A DNA stretch of 63,412 nucleotides, counting the filler, from Thraustochytrium aureum (lineage: Eukaryota), in assembly GCA_012862495.1 (NCBI GenBank). It is 5 parts of 5 records of this genome, joined end to end, with 100 filler letters (N's around TTAATTAATTAA, not from the genome) between each part and the next. Parts side by side here need not be neighbours in the genome. Positions count along the whole stretch, not along the records: positions 56,664 to 61,340 come from BLSG01000399.1; positions 61,441 to 63,412 come from BLSG01000402.1; 3 more parts are not named here. One strand, written 5' to 3'. Below the pieces are notes generated by a model. The model was not told the origin of the DNA, made no database searches, and saw only the letters and a program-made list of their open reading frames with translations. This document shows, in pieces, positions 60,101 to 63,412 of this stretch. Position 1 is the stretch's first letter. Each line of letters opens with the position of its first letter. The position numbers and the translations under genes are program-made.

Positions 60101-61340
60101 CACCTGAGCGGAAAGCGCTGCGTTCTCCGTCTCCGCTGCGCGCAGAGCCTCGAGGTTTTGCCTTGCTGACTCGGTGGCTTTGGCGAGCTCCGCCTCGAGC
60201 TCAGCAACGCGCTGGGCAGTCTCCGTCCGCCAAGCTTCAGCGGCTTCGTGAGACTCTGCAAGCTCTGACTGATTCTCAGCAGCGCTTTGCTGCAACTGAG
60301 CGAGCTGCGCACGGGCAACGTCAAGCTCCTGCTGGAGGGCTTTTATTTGCAGCGCGTTGGCGCCCTGCGCTTCGAGCAGCGCGTTGTCGCGGTGAGCAAG
60401 CTCTCGCTCGGCTGCAGCAAGAGCGATGCGTGCGTCGTCGAACGAGCGCTCCAAAACGGCGATCTGGTGGCGATGCGCCGCGAGCTCTGCATTGTGGGAT
60501 TCTCGGCCGCGCGCCACGGCCTGCTCCACCGCCTCCTCCAAGCCCGCCTCGAGCTCGGCGAGCTGCTTGGCCATGACCACATTGGTCTCGTTGAGCCGCG
60601 CAAGGTCGCTATTCAGCTGCTCGGCACCTTGCTCCAAAGCGTCGTTGGTCGCCTCTAGATCGGCGACGCTGGCCGCGAGCGCCCCTGCCCGCTCCCGTTC
60701 AGCGTGCAGCACGGCGGTGAGGTCGCTAATTTGGGCCTTGAGTTGGGCAATCTCCGACGTGTCGGCGAGGCGCTCGTTCTCATCGACTAGAAACTGCTCC
60801 TTTCTTTCGAAGTCTTGCGTTAAATTCTCGACAACGCGTTCGTGCTCTGCAGCCATCTCGGCTCGCCTCTCCAGCGCTGCATGCAGCTCAGACTGCAGAC
60901 GCTGCGACTCGGCTTGCGCCGCTGCGCACGTTGCACGCATATTGCTCTTCTCCTCTAGCATCTCGGCCTCCAAGCCTTGGTGAGCGTCCGCGCTAGCCTC
61001 GAGCTGCGTGCGCAACGTCGCGATCGCCGAGTCCTTTTCGCTTGCTTCGCGCAAGAGCCGTTCAACCTGGTCCTGGAGGACAACGATTCGTTCTGGCTCG
61101 CCGGCCCCGCGGCGCTTGAGCTCGGCCTCAGCCTCCTCGGCGCGGGCTTCCAGGACTGACCGAGCGTCAAGCGCATCGACGAGATCCTTCTCTGCAGCAG
61201 CCCTCGCTTCCTCGAGGTCTGTGGCAGCTCGCGAGTTGGCTGCGTTGGCTGCGCTCAGCGCGCGTTGCAGCACTCGAATTTGGCTGCGCAACTCGTTCAG
61301 TTGGCCCTCCGCCTCTTTTGGCCTGCTCGCAGCTCTGCGC
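57150..61340 (-). CDS. Very long Ala/Glu/Gln-rich coiled-coil protein with acidic disordered C-terminus; 5' partial; frameshift at 58631-58632
   Basis: ORFs 58367-61291 and 57150-58583 join with one added base; heptad-rich sequence over roughly 1000 aa. Confidence 0.85.
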
Positions 61341-61384
61341 NNNNNNNNNNNNNNNNNNNNNNNNNNNNNNNNNNNNNNNNNNNN

Positions 61385-61396
61385 TTAATTAATTAA
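61385..61396. other. Artificial scaffold linker TTAATTAATTAA
   Basis: Same 12-mer embedded in N run. Confidence 0.95.
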
Positions 61397-61869
61397 NNNN
61401 NNNNNNNNNNNNNNNNNNNNNNNNNNNNNNNNNNNNNNNNGCATGCGCTCCATGCGCTCGAGAGAGAGGGAGAGCTGCAGACGAGAGGACGGCGCTTGTG
61501 CTGGCTTTGCGGGGTGAGCGGCGCGAGACACTGCGGTTTTTGTCGGGTTGGGTCGGCGCTTGGGGTGGAGCGCGGCGCATGCAAATTGCGACCTCCAGCG
61601 GCCGAATCCGCTCGTCGTTTTCTGCGACCATCGTCGTTTTCTGCGAGGGAGGACTCGGGCGCGTGGGGGGCGGGAGGCTTCTTCTGATTTCTGCTCGTTG
61701 CGCCCCAACGAAACGACTTTCGGCCGCGAGAGCATAGCAGCTACCGCAAGCCAGCAGACGAAGCTCGCGGGGCGAGTGCAAGCCGCCAGGACAACAACTC
61801 AGAACAAGGCAGCAGCCGAGCCGGAGCAAAGCACACAAGCCGCGCCAGCCCTGCGACACCGCAGGCAGC

Positions 61870-62987
61870 ATGCAGCAAAAGCGGCCTCACCAAACCAAGA
61901 TCGTCCTGCGCGGTGGCAAGGGGAACTTCAACCCACGAACGCTCATCGGAAACTGGGAAGAGGACCGCGAGGTGCGCCCCGCGCCTCGGTTCGTTCTTCG
62001 GCCCGGGTACGAGACCACGAAAGGGGCCGCCGAGCTCGAGGCCGTCGGAACAAAACAGACCCACTATGGCAACGGGATCCAGGCCGCCACGCTCAAGCCC
62101 TCGAGCACGATTCACTACCAGTCCAAAGAGGTGACCGGCGAAGCCACCTCGATCACCCGCCTCGCGTTCGACAGCAGCGACAAAAACGCGTTTGCGTCGC
62201 AGTTCGGCTCGCGCTTCCCGCTCAAGCCCGCCCGCAAGCTCAAGCGGGAAGAGGTTGACGCGTACCGCCGCGACTGGTCGGCCGACCCTGGCCGCGAGGA
62301 GCGCTTTCTGACCGAGAAGACCACGTACCAGAACAAGGCGCTCGGGCCCGCGTTCCAGGTGTCGCACATCCGCAAGCTGCCGAACGTGCCCGTCTTCGTC
62401 CAGGACCTGCAGCGCAGCCTCATTCTCAGGCACGGCCTTCACGCCCTGCATCTCCTCCACAAGGTATTCCGCTGCTATGACGCTGACGGCTCGGGAACGC
62501 TCTCCAAGCCCGAGCTACGCGAGCTGCTCCTGGACCTCGACATGGCGCTCTCCCACGACTCGACAGAGGCGCTTTTTCGGACTTTGACCGCGACGCGTCC
62601 GGCGCCATAGACCACCGCGAGTTTGTCGAAACGCTCAGCGGCTCGCTTTCGCCTTCACGCCGGGCGGTCGTCCTCGAGGCCTGGGAGCGCCTCGATATCG
62701 ACGGCGTTGGCTTTGTCTACCTCGACGACATGCTGGGGCGGTTCCGCCTCGACTCCGTGGCGCCAGGCGCGCCAGGCGACCGCCTGCTTGCTGAGATCGC
62801 GGCGCAGTTTCCGCGCCAGTGGCACGCCAGTGCCGTCGCGGGCCAGGACATGCCCGACTCTGGGGCGCGGGGCGACGCCATCATTGACTGCGAGCGCTTC
62901 CTCGACTACTACCGCCGCCTGTCGCCGGCGATTTCAGACGACGCCTCGTTCGAGGGCGTTGTCCGCGCGTCTTGGGGCCAGGTCTGA
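61870..62987 (+). CDS. Calcyphosin-like EF-hand protein with N-terminal NWE motif; frameshift at T-run 62573-62577
   Basis: TLIGNWEEDR; EF loops DADGSGTLSKPE, DRDASGAIDHRE, DIDGVGFVYLDD; calcyphosin-like end FLDYY..LS.AI.DD..FE.VVR.SW. Confidence 0.85.
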
Positions 62988-63412
62988 CGCGCAGCAGGTA
63001 CTCGGGTACAGGAGAAGTAGACTGGAGCAAAACACGATGAAACCCACTTGAAACCGCGTCTTGTGCGTCGGATGATTCGCGCGGGCAGCGCCCGCTCGAA
63101 CTCCGGAAGCGTGTCGCTCGCTCTTGGCCATGCTGGCGCACGTCTGCAGCGCCCGTCAGCGAGCACTGCCAAGTAGCTCTACACCAGGCGCAGCAGCCCT
63201 CGCCGTGCGGCCTCGAGGCCGCCAGCGCCCGCCGCGCGGTTGCCTCGCGACGAGCGAGGGCCCACGTGCTCTTGCCCCCCCTCGTACCGCACCGCTGGGC
63301 GACGGCGAGCTCGCGCTGCGCGGTACCAGGAGCAGCAGCAGCAGCAGCAGCAGCTGAGGTCGCGGGCTGCATCCACTCGGCGACGACGGGACAGACCACA
63401 TGGGAAGGAAGG

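Noticed and set aside
14654..61396. TTAATTAATTAA repeated four times as a biological motif or piggyBac target site
   Set aside because: Always embedded in N runs of fixed length and gives stops in all six frames; it is an assembly linker

Overview
GC-rich eukaryotic draft-genome window. Its short GT-AG introns, kinesins, myosin and HECT ligase fit a flagellated protist; a thraustochytrid/labyrinthulomycete-like stramenopile is my unverified impression. It is not one contiguous locus: four N-TTAATTAATTAA-N linkers (14654, 44761, 56608, 61385) join separate pieces, and there are many N gaps. About 25 protein-coding genes or gene fragments can be supported: PH-domain protein, FG-GAP/PT-repeat ectodomain plus TKL kinase, Sec14, EcKinase-like, CCCH-methyltransferase-like, two kinesins, OYE-type flavin oxidoreductase, TMEM18, NF-YC, Lipoprotein_15-repeat secreted protein, FAXDC2-like hydroxylase, QCR8, ELMOD, Fe-S L-serine dehydratase, Cys-rich secreted protein, aldo-keto reductase, myosin, HIR-like SPFH protein, HECT E3, Rpn13, a long coiled-coil protein and an NWE/EF-hand protein. 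About ten genes have single-base frameshifts, nine of them in homopolymer runs, most likely sequencing errors. I saw no tRNA, rRNA or CRISPR array. I could not demonstrate a clear novel multi-gene system. The best leads are bacterial-type genes with eukaryotic targeting signals, a candidate Ca-binding ciliary inner protein, an unknown repeat protein, a degenerate 23-bp motif array, a MITE-like insert and several mobile-element relics.
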